DNA from: a virus
DNA length: 64,000 nt
Strand: one strand, 5' to 3'
Virus record (IMG/VR): IMGVR_UViG_3300027777_000001
Coordinates: 1 to 64,000 of that record
Position 1 is the stretch's first letter. Each line of letters begins with the position of its first letter. The notes beneath the pieces are model-generated. The model did not search any database, was not told the origin of the DNA, and worked only from the letters and a program-made list of their open reading frames with translations. Below, piece after piece: positions 10,901 to 20,052 of this stretch. Position numbers and translations under genes: made by a program.

Positions 10901-13900
10901 AAACCACCGTGGATAACATGGCACAGGTTTTCATTGAAAGCGTCTACGCCCGTATCGAGGAAGTGGCTAAAGACGATCTCTCTCACATGACGTTGGCTAA
11001 GTTGATCAAAGAATTAAACAGTCTTTTGTACGGAACAGACACAAAGTTTAACTCGAACGATACCGCACAAACAATCTTGGATAAAGACTTCAGTAGTGCG
11101 GATATAGCAGCAATGAAGGACAAGTTTATAAAGACTCTTGGCAAAGCAGTCAAAGAGACTGTGAAGAGTGACTTCCATGCATTCACATTTAGGACACAGA
11201 TCTTTACAGCCACAGCTGGCTTGACCTTTTCAATCTATAAGGCAGTCTACGATACGGCTCGCAAAGACTACATCAAGGAGCTGACTGAGCTTGGGGAATT
11301 TGATGTTAATCCCGCCTTTGAACGTAGGGGTAAGAATGGGAAAATGTCTCAAATCTCTGCTAGGCAAACACACGATTTGAATGCTGCTCAGGAAAAGGTA
11401 TTAAAAGAACGTGTCTTAGCAGTCTACCCAATCGTACATAGTTTGTTCTCTAAAGAAAGCAATCAACTAGAGGCAGGATTGTTTATTAGTAAGACTGAAA
11501 GAAAGTTATCAAAAGATCCAAACTACCAAGTTGAAGTCCAATTTGGAACCCAAATTAAAGATTTGGGTAGATCCCGCGTCAACATGGCTGCAATGCAAAC
11601 CAACCAAGTGGGCCCTGGTGTAGCAATGTTGCCTAACTTAATTCAGGCTTCAGATAGTTATATCTCGCATTCAGTACAGGCTGCGATGAATGCGCTTAAC
11701 CAACATGATGCATTGATTACAGGGCTTGGAAAGACTAAAGAAACTGCACAGCTTCTTAATGCTGCTACGTGGAAACTGTTATTGAACTATTCCCCAGCCA
11801 CAGAAATGTACGAGGCATTCGTACGTAACATTCTGGGTATGGAAAGTATGCTTGCCAAGAAGGAAGTCTCTAAAGATGTACTAGCCCTCTTTGCTGCATC
11901 TATTGTCGAGCAGACTTACCGCTTTAATGGGCCAGATACGGATGTGCCAATTGATCCCCATGAGTTTCTAGGGATCCATTTAGCCCTGATGAAGAATATG
12001 TCTTTTCGTGCTGACAGTATGAAGTTCTCTACTTTGGGTCTGACAGCATCAATTGACCAGTACACTTTTGAGGGTGGAAACTTTGCAGTGGATGAGAAGT
12101 TACGAGAAGCGGCTCTAGCCAAGAAAGCTGAGCTGGTCTCTGAGATTGATCCTGAGACACAAGCTGCTGTTGATAGTCTTGAACAACGTCTCCAAACTGC
12201 GATCACTGCAGCAACAATCGCTGCGAATAAAAAGATTGCTCAGACTCTCAATATTGAACTCGATCCTGAAGGATATGGCGTAACTGAACAACAGTTGGAA
12301 GACCTGCGTACAGAGAGCCGAGAAGATGCAAGTATCAACGACACGGTTGCTGACCATTTAACTAACGCCCAAGCCTTTGCCTTACTCTCACACGCAGTCA
12401 AGGATAAGTCTTTGGGCGAGACTGTTGTTGAGATGCTTAAAGAGGTCATGACTAAGTTGCGAGAATCCAAGGGTGCCATGAACTTGGTGACAGCCTTAAA
12501 GGTCTTACAGCCTGCTAACCGTGCAGAGATTGCTCAGTTACTCATGGATCGAGCCAGTAAGATTCCTGCTAACTTGTGGGGTATTCAAGGTACGCCAGAC
12601 ATTAAGAGTGAGGCTCACTGGGTAGACTTCTTTGAGAAACGGGGCAATGTTAAAGGCGAACAATTGGTTCGTGCTTTAAAAGATAGGTTGATTGAGCAAG
12701 GTGGCCCAAGTAACGTCAAAGACTTCAATTTGGAGATGCTTAACCGGATCAGTAAGTTGATTAGCCCAACGCTTACCATTCGTTATGTCACGCCATTCAC
12801 AGCACCTAGCCAAGTTATCCAGCAGGCCAAAGACAACGCACGGGCTTGGTACATTGCCACAACCGATGGTGTGGATACGATCTACATTCTCTCTACAGAC
12901 TTTAAACACTCTGGCTTAACCACGGAAACCCTCCTGCATGAGATTCTCCACAGTGCTGTAGCTCGAACCATTAAGTCTGAGCAAGATGCACGGAAAAGGA
13001 ATCCAACCCGTAAGACTCCATTACTTGCCATCATCGATGACTTGGAGCTTCTTCGTTATTTGGCTAAGAAACATATCGATGCTGACCCAGAGTTAGCCGC
13101 TAAATACGGGCCAGCAGTCAGTAGCATCGATGAGCTTATTGCTTGGGGAATGACAAACACAGCCTTCCAACAAGAAGTCTTAAACAAGATGCAAGGGGTT
13201 CCTTCTCGCACCAACAACAATGCAATCACTGGTTTAAAAGCCATGATTAATGCATTGGTCGCAATCCTGTTTAAGAAAACAGAAGGTCGTGAGGCAGAGA
13301 TTCTTGGTTCTGGTTTAAGTATCTTGATTACTAACGTGTCTGATTTATTTACTGAGGCCGAGAACAAGCAAAGCCAGACCATTAACGAAACCCTGAATCG
13401 AAGCCAAACCCATACGGCTCCAGATCCAGCTTTCTATACCACCGCAGAGATATACGATTCCTTGGCAGGAGTCTCTCCCGCACCCCTAGCTTTTGATAGC
13501 CAGCTGCGAGACCTACTCAGCGGGATCGTCAATAAGCTGCATGGCACAGCGGGAGTCTTGCATGAATCCTTAATGGATCGTCAAGCCTTATCTGCTCAAG
13601 ACGTATACCTCAAAGCACTGGCTACAGGACAAGCCCCCTTTGCATCAGCCACCATTGCCTCTGGCTTTCAGTTCAGCCAACAGGAAGGGTTCGTCATCGA
13701 GCAGGTTGAGGCCACAGTCAGAGCAGCGATTGATCGTAATGAGAATACCCAGAGCTTTGCCTACAAAGGCTTGGATGCTCTGTACAACGAAGCCAAAGCG
13801 AACCTTGCGCCTAAGGACTTCCATCAGGGTGACTGGAACACAGCCACGCAGGTAGAGAAGGATACAGCCCAAGAGTTGTATGACTTCTTATTTGTCATGG

Positions 13901-16900
13901 CTAAGGCTCTACCAAGCACCAACCCATCAACCGCAGGAAATACACATGCTAATTCAGATCGATTAGCCCATCTCAGCAGATTCGCTGCAATGGGTCTTGC
14001 CCATGAAGGGGTTAATAAGCTCCTGCAGGGCATGACAGGATCTGGGCTGACTACCACGGCTACCCCTGCACCAACGAGCTTTCTAGCCCGTCTGAAGGCC
14101 TTGTTTGATCAGATCTTGGCTTGGTTCAGTGACAAGCAGACTGGAATCAAACCGGGTGACAAACCTGATGCCAGGTTAGAGAAATTAGTTGATACCTTGG
14201 TTGGGATTGAAGCTAAGAAACGTGCTGCAGCCATGGCTCGACAAAATGCTCTGTTCACAGGTCTACAGAATGTGTCCAATAATGTTCTTAACGCGGCTAA
14301 CACGGGTATCAATAAAGTAGGGGCAGCCGCCGCAAGAAGCAACAATGGGGCAGTGAAAGGCGTAGGGTTTGTGATTAACGCGGTCTCTGGAGGTAGGGTT
14401 AACCAGATCATTAATAATGGCATGAACTACTACGCTACATTGAATGGTGGTAAGCCAGACCTCTTCACAGATACTGTGGCTTATGTGCGTGGGCCAACGT
14501 CTCAGATGGAGGAGTTGTTCCGTATGGGTAAGAAGCTAGAAGCGGATCGTCGAGCATTCATCGACAACACAGCTACGCTTCTCTTGGCTGCATATCGTAA
14601 TGGTGGGCAGGATCTGACACAGATCCAGAAGAAAGCCATTACTTCCTTGGTACGTTCTGATGCCCAGTCACTCTTAGCAGCAGGCTACACCATGGCTCAG
14701 TTAGCTGAGTTCTTGGGCAACGGGACACAACGCCAAGACGAGATTACGAAGCTTGAAGATAGTCTGAAATCCTTACATCCCCAGTTCTATAAACAGTTCT
14801 TGGGTCAATCCAAGCAACTTGCATTCATCTTGGCTAATGGAAAAGCCACGCATGAGAACTCTATGCTGAACGCTTTGAATATTGCACGGATGTACAACAC
14901 ACCCACAATGGGTCAGTTAACCGTAGCAGAAGAGGCTGCAGTCCAAGCCTTGGTAGATCCCTTGGTGTCTCTCTGGGCGATTGAGTATTCACCCACAGTG
15001 CTTCGTGAGACATCCAGAGATGTGTTGCTCGATGAGTCAGCACGCTCCAATGGTGAGAACGGGATTGCCGCAACCCTTGCCATGCACGCACACTTACTCA
15101 AAGATTCAAAAGATAAGCTCTTTGATGGCAGCGAGGTATTGCGTACCAAGGGCTATTTACCAGAGGTATATAACCCAAGAACAGACATCCAAGTAGCAGG
15201 TGATGTCGAGGGTCGGAACTTAATTGACAAGGGCTACTCAGTGGGGGGTGTTTTGCCCAAAGATCCTAATGACCCCGATCCTCAGACCGTAAAAAAATTG
15301 TATGTACGTGAGGACTCAGGGATGGTGGCTCATGTTACAGGGATGATTTCCTTGAAAGACATGAAAGCTAAAGGCTCTGCTCAGATTGGAAAAGAACGTA
15401 GGTTCTATAAACCTAAGGGAGATTGGAATGCCAGTGAAGTCGTAAGAGTCACTGGATCTCAAAGAAACGCCATTGCTTGGATGGCTCAAAATGGCGATAC
15501 ATTTGATCCACGAAACGTCACTGGGACGTTCATGATTCCTACACTAACAAGCGAAGGGGATATTTCTAACTATCGCTATGAAATGAGCCATGCCCGTAAG
15601 GATTCAATCCTCGAGCGAAACAATAACTTTGAACACGTACTTGGGGTATTTGCTGGCAACACATTCGATAAGATTACCTCTGCCCAACATAACGCTAAGG
15701 TTATTCAAGCCTTGCATGACCACTACTCAGTGGACTATGCAGGACGGTCTGTGTCATACGTAGAAGTAGGCCCTAATAGCCGAGACCCAGCCATGCGGGA
15801 AGTCTACCGCTTGCTTCCTGAGGCCACAAAGAAGGAGATAAGAAGAGTGTGGGGAACGGAAGCCATGCTGGTTAGAAACGACATGATGAATCTGACATTT
15901 GGGTATAGGAAATTTAGCCTGTCCGAGATGTTTGATAAAGACCCTTCTACAAGGAATGCTTATGAAGATCTGTTTGTCTCGATTGCTACCTTTGTCGTAG
16001 CAGGGTACGCTAGACTGCAACTTGGAATGGATCCAGCCCAAGCCATGCAGTATGCCAAGCGTACAGGGGTGATTGTTAAACGAGCCGAGGATGCGTGGAA
16101 GACCATCTCTGATGAAACCAAGAATGCGATTGTGGTTAAGACTGGAATCGTGATGATGGGTAATGTCTGGAGTAATGCCACGCTCTTAATGATGCACGAT
16201 ATCTCATTGGTGGATATTGCTAAGCACCATAAGACAGCATTTACCGCAGCCCGAGAGTATCAAGAGGTGAGCGAGGAGTTGTTTAAAGCTCAGACTCAAT
16301 TGGATACTAACTACAACGTGGGTAATAGGAAAGCTTTAGAACAACGGATCTTAGTCCTAAAAGACAAGATCGCCCGTAACCCAGTGACCGAACTTATGGA
16401 CTCTGGCTTGATGCCTACCATCGTGCAAGACGTTAACATTAAGGATGACACATACGCTTATGACTCTAACTTTGTGAAGAACATTAAGGCTAATGTTGCT
16501 TCCCTTAATCCAACAGTCTTAAACATCGGTAAGCAGCTCTACATGACTAAGGACACGCCACACTACAAGATGTTGGCTAACCTGACCCAGATGAGTGACT
16601 TCGTGGCTCGATACACTTTGTATCAACACTTGACCACAAAGAGCCAAGACCCCTTGAGCAAGAAAGAAGCTGCACGGGTATCTTCTGAATCCTTTGTGAA
16701 CTACGACATCCCGCTGCCTAAAGGTATCCAGTATCTAGATGACATCGGGATCTTGCCATTTACCAAGTACTTCTTATCGATGCAAAGAGTGTTGGCTTCC
16801 TTGGTTCGAGAACATCCCGTAAAGGTGCTGATGACCTTGATGGGCAATAACTATTTAAACTTAATGCCAACAGTGATGGATGGGTCAGCGTTTAGTCGCT

Positions 16901-16995
16901 TTGGGAATAACCCGTTTAGGTCAGGGCCATTACGATTCATTGGTGCGGTAGAACACATCCTACCCATCAAGTATGCGATGGGGTTATTCAGGTAA
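4960..16995 (+). CDS. Virion-encapsidated RNA polymerase (N4 gp50-like vRNAP)
   Basis: 4011 aa; single-subunit RNAP motifs ERDGKTNGP (A), RNMMKKPTQEVVYGS (B), NQHDAL (C); no Cys found on reading, as in N4 vRNAP. Confidence 0.95.
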   Translation: MATFDIDQYLADQHNASLEASKLAANIPKPVEPVNTVPEFPDNSIFGSSPTNIKDKLAEVYRASKQKVEQLATDIGNIKLAQNPETVTLTDQFKASLAGVQKDLNGSLTAPLDPDPQKNTLAYKNWVANGSPGFEYDPESTAAQFNNGVARVDSGIARSIGNIKAGLLAPGLVLADNATTEQEKAAYNRRAAGFEYGDGQRANPGDDALLNAPSSVNLSAITGVGDNPNYQLGTSGGSLKERATQIVPERKATILELLDHSRATSKQIDDIATSHDLGSLVDHAAEDRVTAAQKDWVPQNLKMRDSFSINRKSAASNFAEGNFKEALINAESALADGASVTGHYAANTVRDLFNHPDIIEAAVQDNSPQLALGLIPVVGATALGVLNAGYGAQMYAKGEQKYTKETGIPFAPQGERNVQAVASGAAAAAEFVGDLIPVGGITKAGQAISGLGKDAAAVAAKVSAEQAAKTAAEAGFVNRVKAGTLDTAKAMAGEFTTETFQSPLENIANREAYDPYGQALSSVMGAAGGAGMNGPSSVVTQLGKAAQAVQDKKAVAEQAKAAQQKEAIDFYQAAEKNDASIYTDPTSKTYDPVKAAGVWFTHSQQATTTPETKAENLAKVTDLQAQMQADIESVKGSVESSQPKAQAALLDQQAKLQASLSIATPAQTEQINQALGELQQKIDQPVLDTRGLKDAGLRATKMEKQLEQITAMRTRLDLEAGAQGSQDGINAQRASTEVPVAPVASTTNNQDGKSSYDPSGYMDTKEWQAIDAQHSPVEAQWIAMESGPESQAFYEKNVKDLTAQKDAIRDAWQKNDPANASVNQTVNQSANQSPLPASAKDIPLNPASRIGDLLDLDNQDHEGVFDAIKILAMVRKGHRRGMTADQLKNDTFIRTSLAGLTLRAKTDKTAQQGLDYFNKKFDDIVSQSDESAASNAIAKDLLGNTVPLKDLLQHIINENKDPELTKIAKQILKVAGDVPVSTQSERTEVGGLYDIINQTIEITESYLNNGGVADPDTAEIVLHEGGHAATIYALVKNPALRKQLYDLMEHVAKTNPEMLQEYGLTDTAEFLAEGFANPKFRAKLKEIAPSGINRGKFANAWAEFVEFIRKALGLPVSTRSALTELMELGNQAMRETGKAKNKKITIREFNDATAEEIAPIQQVVDPLIAIKNNVSDSNIKDLIDEAIKKASRQTVVAVAVVEALEKLRIISETAPETITLDSFDKAVDSMVFKLSSPRKEGQGNSTEADTQTTEKTLEEQNASVPEAPTNKDSKKETNKESNAGGLDVLNQPVSPKGTAYNLRNVITDYFTQNAGKDTNGTQRPLVKVRDFLTSLLAEPTLAEQFVKGKELSERQQEAVAFFAKTAMAWLPTIQEALFKRADPTYYADNDPLQFLYTEVLDANGKPTGKFDADENYKTAIAYAAFSTIQDMAGNGELNSQATINKMLGRLADHEVTPEEWRALGRIGTLEDLLANAAGQVAYEALGLQVKNMETWNNLPAQIKTSMGAHVMKLLIEQGYIERHLLDATDISAMRGYSSTGGSDTTTNYTGLENLSYFTLAREGQPTDLQRPLTGELQQIVDSVKGTQGILDKVFSIESATRWPSLEPLEPHQVNAKNSDQLVPDTLGTIIDKKLKEVNKLRQDVWHVLGGFTRDFTLEMMGKEDSTQAQKGRRLSVEAKNQSLEREFDQYRELGTILLTTGTKDLGQPYFLDYSVWKQHRVGIATNGFNPNSSKAQRQQSYQPDWETKIDRNDSAQMDNFYLGVAEGFGIATDNVPNAVSLVTIKDRFAQADVVEAVEILRQRMVSVDPEPFTDAEQQKIVSLVKKGKENLHSLNSLIALAHFSEAVKTNSDTFTVQIPAERDGKTNGPMLANAFFGVGSSPAELFKTLNRGGFFEVGNPDTQFNIWKGKGNLDLYEKGTGNLLRTLQWLITEKKVFGFIKDTVQVFTKSLTDPKTGGVNSVGRNMMKKPTQEVVYGSSSKTTVDNMAQVFIESVYARIEEVAKDDLSHMTLAKLIKELNSLLYGTDTKFNSNDTAQTILDKDFSSADIAAMKDKFIKTLGKAVKETVKSDFHAFTFRTQIFTATAGLTFSIYKAVYDTARKDYIKELTELGEFDVNPAFERRGKNGKMSQISARQTHDLNAAQEKVLKERVLAVYPIVHSLFSKESNQLEAGLFISKTERKLSKDPNYQVEVQFGTQIKDLGRSRVNMAAMQTNQVGPGVAMLPNLIQASDSYISHSVQAAMNALNQHDALITGLGKTKETAQLLNAATWKLLLNYSPATEMYEAFVRNILGMESMLAKKEVSKDVLALFAASIVEQTYRFNGPDTDVPIDPHEFLGIHLALMKNMSFRADSMKFSTLGLTASIDQYTFEGGNFAVDEKLREAALAKKAELVSEIDPETQAAVDSLEQRLQTAITAATIAANKKIAQTLNIELDPEGYGVTEQQLEDLRTESREDASINDTVADHLTNAQAFALLSHAVKDKSLGETVVEMLKEVMTKLRESKGAMNLVTALKVLQPANRAEIAQLLMDRASKIPANLWGIQGTPDIKSEAHWVDFFEKRGNVKGEQLVRALKDRLIEQGGPSNVKDFNLEMLNRISKLISPTLTIRYVTPFTAPSQVIQQAKDNARAWYIATTDGVDTIYILSTDFKHSGLTTETLLHEILHSAVARTIKSEQDARKRNPTRKTPLLAIIDDLELLRYLAKKHIDADPELAAKYGPAVSSIDELIAWGMTNTAFQQEVLNKMQGVPSRTNNNAITGLKAMINALVAILFKKTEGREAEILGSGLSILITNVSDLFTEAENKQSQTINETLNRSQTHTAPDPAFYTTAEIYDSLAGVSPAPLAFDSQLRDLLSGIVNKLHGTAGVLHESLMDRQALSAQDVYLKALATGQAPFASATIASGFQFSQQEGFVIEQVEATVRAAIDRNENTQSFAYKGLDALYNEAKANLAPKDFHQGDWNTATQVEKDTAQELYDFLFVMAKALPSTNPSTAGNTHANSDRLAHLSRFAAMGLAHEGVNKLLQGMTGSGLTTTATPAPTSFLARLKALFDQILAWFSDKQTGIKPGDKPDARLEKLVDTLVGIEAKKRAAAMARQNALFTGLQNVSNNVLNAANTGINKVGAAAARSNNGAVKGVGFVINAVSGGRVNQIINNGMNYYATLNGGKPDLFTDTVAYVRGPTSQMEELFRMGKKLEADRRAFIDNTATLLLAAYRNGGQDLTQIQKKAITSLVRSDAQSLLAAGYTMAQLAEFLGNGTQRQDEITKLEDSLKSLHPQFYKQFLGQSKQLAFILANGKATHENSMLNALNIARMYNTPTMGQLTVAEEAAVQALVDPLVSLWAIEYSPTVLRETSRDVLLDESARSNGENGIAATLAMHAHLLKDSKDKLFDGSEVLRTKGYLPEVYNPRTDIQVAGDVEGRNLIDKGYSVGGVLPKDPNDPDPQTVKKLYVREDSGMVAHVTGMISLKDMKAKGSAQIGKERRFYKPKGDWNASEVVRVTGSQRNAIAWMAQNGDTFDPRNVTGTFMIPTLTSEGDISNYRYEMSHARKDSILERNNNFEHVLGVFAGNTFDKITSAQHNAKVIQALHDHYSVDYAGRSVSYVEVGPNSRDPAMREVYRLLPEATKKEIRRVWGTEAMLVRNDMMNLTFGYRKFSLSEMFDKDPSTRNAYEDLFVSIATFVVAGYARLQLGMDPAQAMQYAKRTGVIVKRAEDAWKTISDETKNAIVVKTGIVMMGNVWSNATLLMMHDISLVDIAKHHKTAFTAAREYQEVSEELFKAQTQLDTNYNVGNRKALEQRILVLKDKIARNPVTELMDSGLMPTIVQDVNIKDDTYAYDSNFVKNIKANVASLNPTVLNIGKQLYMTKDTPHYKMLANLTQMSDFVARYTLYQHLTTKSQDPLSKKEAARVSSESFVNYDIPLPKGIQYLDDIGILPFTKYFLSMQRVLASLVREHPVKVLMTLMGNNYLNLMPTVMDGSAFSRFGNNPFRSGPLRFIGAVEHILPIKYAMGLFR

Positions 16996-17005
16996 CTAGG
17001 AATAA

Positions 17006-17030
17006 GAAAGCCCCCTTGTGAGGGGCTTTC
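17006..17030. terminator. Probable bidirectional intrinsic terminator between convergent blocks
   Basis: GAAAGCCCC-cttgtga-GGGGCTTTC hairpin. Confidence 0.8.
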
Positions 17031-17042
17031 CTCTTACCAGTT

Positions 17043-17228
17043 TTACTTCTTTTGTGATTGCATATAACCAAGAATACACAGGTAGACGATACCTCCTGCC
17101 AAGGCAATGCTTAGGATAATACGCAAGAAGAAACCGACCACAATGACGAGTGCAATGAATGCCACTCCCACTATGGTCGCTATGATGGCGAGTACAACAG
17201 CACTCGCTCCTTTAAGGGAATCCATCAT
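17043..17228 (-). CDS. Small membrane protein
   Basis: 61 aa, two hydrophobic segments. Confidence 0.65.
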   Translation of the reverse strand: MMDSLKGASAVVLAIIATIVGVAFIALVIVVGFFLRIILSIALAGGIVYLCILGYMQSQKK

Positions 17229-17238
17229 AGGGTTTTAC

Positions 17239-17577
17239 TTAACTACCGAATAAGCTGGTAGGTTTCACTGGAGGAGCATCTACTTCTGCAGGTGCATCTA
17301 GTAGGCTCTCCGCCGAGACTGCATTGTTGAAAGTATCTTGAGCAGAAGTAATGCTTCCGACCACGGTACCAACAACACCAGTTTGTACTTCTTCACTAGT
17401 GAAAACAGGAAAATCACTTGCATCATCACTGATGCACAGATCAGCACTAATTCCATTCTCTTTCCTTCCTGAAGTGAACACGATTTCAACCGAGCGACCT
17501 TGCAGGTTAATACCCTGCTTGATCACATAGTCTTTGAGGGCTGTGATGATTTCAGTTTGGTTTAATTGAATTTGCAT
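17239..17577 (-). CDS. Hypothetical protein
   Basis: 112-aa ORF tightly packed in the operon. Confidence 0.65.
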   Translation of the reverse strand: MQIQLNQTEIITALKDYVIKQGINLQGRSVEIVFTSGRKENGISADLCISDDASDFPVFTSEEVQTGVVGTVVGSITSAQDTFNNAVSAESLLDAPAEVDAPPVKPTSLFGS

Positions 17578-17595
17578 GGTTTATGTGTTTAAGGT

Positions 17596-18165
17596 TTATA
17601 GAAAGGGCATCATTTGTTTAAACTGATTGCTGGCTAGTCCGGCATAGATCGCCGCAGTTGCATCAGCCATGTGCTCTGCTTTGGATTCTGTGACGCACAC
17701 CTTTCCGTGTTGAATATAAGTAGGCCAGTCTGCTTCAGGGTGCTGAGCCATTGCCCAATGGATCATCTCCTGTTTAGTTGCAGTTTTCCTGCCTACGCTT
17801 ACCAACTTAACTTCCGTTGGGGTAACTTCAAAGAAGGGAATCCCTGTGGCACGTAATGCCCCAAGGATCCCCACGCAGATACCGTAAGAGGCCATCGCTC
17901 GAGCACTTTGGCTTCCTACTGGTACTTCTACGAATATTGCTTGAGCTCCCTGAGCCGCAGCCAAGGCACCCGCACAGAGTTGCTTGGCAGCTTCCAAGTC
18001 AACACTGTTTTGGCGCACCTGCTTGCCTTTGGGTAATTCAGGGTTAATGACATCCACACTCTGCAGAGTGAGTTTGCCTTGCCCATTCAAAGATAGAAGA
18101 CCTCTGACCACACCCCAATGTCTGAGTGACGGATCGAACCCGACTACCTGAATGGGATCACGCAT
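17596..18165 (-). CDS. RuvC-like Holliday junction resolvase
   Basis: VVGFDPSLRHWG, FVEVP and EHMADA acidic RNase H-fold motifs; start placed at MRDPIQ. Confidence 0.8.
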   Translation of the reverse strand: MRDPIQVVGFDPSLRHWGVVRGLLSLNGQGKLTLQSVDVINPELPKGKQVRQNSVDLEAAKQLCAGALAAAQGAQAIFVEVPVGSQSARAMASYGICVGILGALRATGIPFFEVTPTEVKLVSVGRKTATKQEMIHWAMAQHPEADWPTYIQHGKVCVTESKAEHMADATAAIYAGLASNQFKQMMPFL

Positions 18166-18451
18166 CAGAGGCTTCTGGTTCCAGCTCAGCCACGAAGGGT
18201 AATTTGCCAAGAATGGCTAACCCCGTGGTGATGCCGATCAAAAATCCTACTCGGACATCTCCCGTTAGTATCACGGGTTGAGACTGAGAATCGAGAGTCG
18301 CCTCTGTATCCTCGGGAATATCCATGAGCTGATTCATCTGTGCTACACGATTACCATGCCACGCTGAGAGCATCGCTACGAACTGATCAAGATCCGCAAT
18401 GCCGATCAACTCAGACTGGGCAATCTTGGTTTCTGGTATAGATTGAGTCAT
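18158..18451 (-). CDS. Hypothetical protein
   Basis: 97-aa ORF with AAGG RBS, overlaps next gene. Confidence 0.6.
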   Translation of the reverse strand: MTQSIPETKIAQSELIGIADLDQFVAMLSAWHGNRVAQMNQLMDIPEDTEATLDSQSQPVILTGDVRVGFLIGITTGLAILGKLPFVAELEPEASDA

Positions 18452-18482
18452 GGGTTTACCTTATTAAAGTGAGGGTGACTGC

Positions 18483-19235
18483 TTAGGCTGCGAAAAGGCT
18501 CTGTGAGGGCTTCTTAGCAATTGGAGTACCTGAGCCCTTCGGAGCATTTGCAACGCCTTGTCCTGAGCCAGGTTGAGCACCCTTGGCACGCTCCTTGGTT
18601 TTGCCAGTCCACTTAGCATCCCAAGTGTTAGCAAATACGGCTTCCGTAGACTTGGCACGGACTTCAGCTACAGTCATGCGATCAGCAGCACGAAAGAACT
18701 TATCGATCTCGTTTTCATCACGGGTCTCACCCGTTGCTTCGTACACACCTGTTTGATCATTCTTACGGGTCTTGTCAACATTCTGTTTAATCAGACCTGT
18801 GACAATCTCTTTACCCAATAGATCCATCAAGACTTCGACCTTGGTAGGGACTTCCGCCTTAGCTTCGTATGAATACACATTGACCACTTTGGTTTCTGTA
18901 TCCATGCCTGAGATCTCTTTACCCACAGCAAGTAGACACAAGCTGTTAGCCAAGTTAAAGCCGGGGAGATAGTGTTTGACACCATCTTTCTCGTAGTAGT
19001 TCTTGCCACCCTTGGCGGTGCCTGAGCTCATCCACAAGGTTTGACGCACTTCCTTGTTGTTCTGATCTTTCAGAGACAACACTAAGCCCATCGCACCACC
19101 TGCTGACTTATTCAAATAAGCCATGGCTACGGTATGGTTATAAAGACCCGATTCAACTGGGCCACCACTACCACCGACGGAGTCTTTCTCTTCGCCAATG
19201 GTTTCGTCTGAGGTCAGATTTGCAAGCATATTCAT
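18483..19235 (-). CDS. ssb: Single-stranded DNA-binding protein, N4 gp45-like
   Basis: 250 aa; NYYEKDG..YLPGF and ENEIDKFF segments, C-terminal SLF; synteny after ATPase. Confidence 0.8.
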   Translation of the reverse strand: MNMLANLTSDETIGEEKDSVGGSGGPVESGLYNHTVAMAYLNKSAGGAMGLVLSLKDQNNKEVRQTLWMSSGTAKGGKNYYEKDGVKHYLPGFNLANSLCLLAVGKEISGMDTETKVVNVYSYEAKAEVPTKVEVLMDLLGKEIVTGLIKQNVDKTRKNDQTGVYEATGETRDENEIDKFFRAADRMTVAEVRAKSTEAVFANTWDAKWTGKTKERAKGAQPGSGQGVANAPKGSGTPIAKKPSQSLFAA

Positions 19236-19284
19236 AGTTTGTATTTCCTGTGATTAATGTTTAAGGTTTTTGGTTAGGGGTTAC

Positions 19285-20013
19285 TTACGCGTAATAGGCG
19301 TGTAAGTGGTTCAAGGCTAATTGCATATTGTTGTCCATGTAGGTCTCTTTAGTATCGAAGAGTCCTAATGGGCCACGTAGCCTTTCGTTGACTGTGTCTT
19401 TGGTGAGCTTGCACTGGAAGACATACTTGAATCCAAGTGCTTGCTCTTCAGGGGTAATGGTCAACATACTCGAGGAGTAGTCTTTCAGAACTTTGAGCTG
19501 CACCTTCTTAGAGGCAATGACGACAGAGAAGTAACTCTCGATACCATTGTTCTTTAAAGAGCCTTTCACAGGAACCTTAGTTTCCATAATCATCTCGCCC
19601 TCATTGAGGGTGTCAGCGGTATGGGCTGTAAAGATCACGTTCTTTGTAGACTTGGCTACGTACTGTTGCATCAGGTTCTTGAAGTATTGGGAGAACTGAC
19701 CCCAAGCCTGCATCGTGTTAGCTGCACCGTTGACGTAGACCGACTCGTACATATCCATGAGAAAGGTCACACTATCGACAATGATTGTGTGGATCTCTGG
19801 CTTACTCTCAGCAGACTCAAATGCTTCATACACCTGCAATGGGTCTGTGATGACGTACTCTTTGAACTTGGATCGGAAGGGAAGCTTCTTACCAGATTCA
19901 CAGTTCAGATACATCACCCCTTCTGGATTGGCTAGATCCATGAAAGAGGCTGACTTACCTGTAGCGGATTTCCCGCACAGTAAAACTAAGTGGTCGTTAA
20001 ATTGAGTTGCCAC
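19285..20013 (-). CDS. P-loop ATPase, N4 gp44-like (Sak4-like)
   Basis: Walker A GKSATGKS, Walker B IIVDS. Confidence 0.8.
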   Translation of the reverse strand: MATQFNDHLVLLCGKSATGKSASFMDLANPEGVMYLNCESGKKLPFRSKFKEYVITDPLQVYEAFESAESKPEIHTIIVDSVTFLMDMYESVYVNGAANTMQAWGQFSQYFKNLMQQYVAKSTKNVIFTAHTADTLNEGEMIMETKVPVKGSLKNNGIESYFSVVIASKKVQLKVLKDYSSSMLTITPEEQALGFKYVFQCKLTKDTVNERLRGPLGLFDTKETYMDNNMQLALNHLHAYYA

Positions 20014-20052
20014 TAATGGACTCCTTTATAAAAGTGTTTGTATGCCACGCAC

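Noticed and set aside
4932-16181. Many short antisense or alternative-frame ORFs within vRNAP and other long genes
   Set aside because: Shadow ORFs without RBS or motifs; only Rz1 has independent support as an overlapping gene
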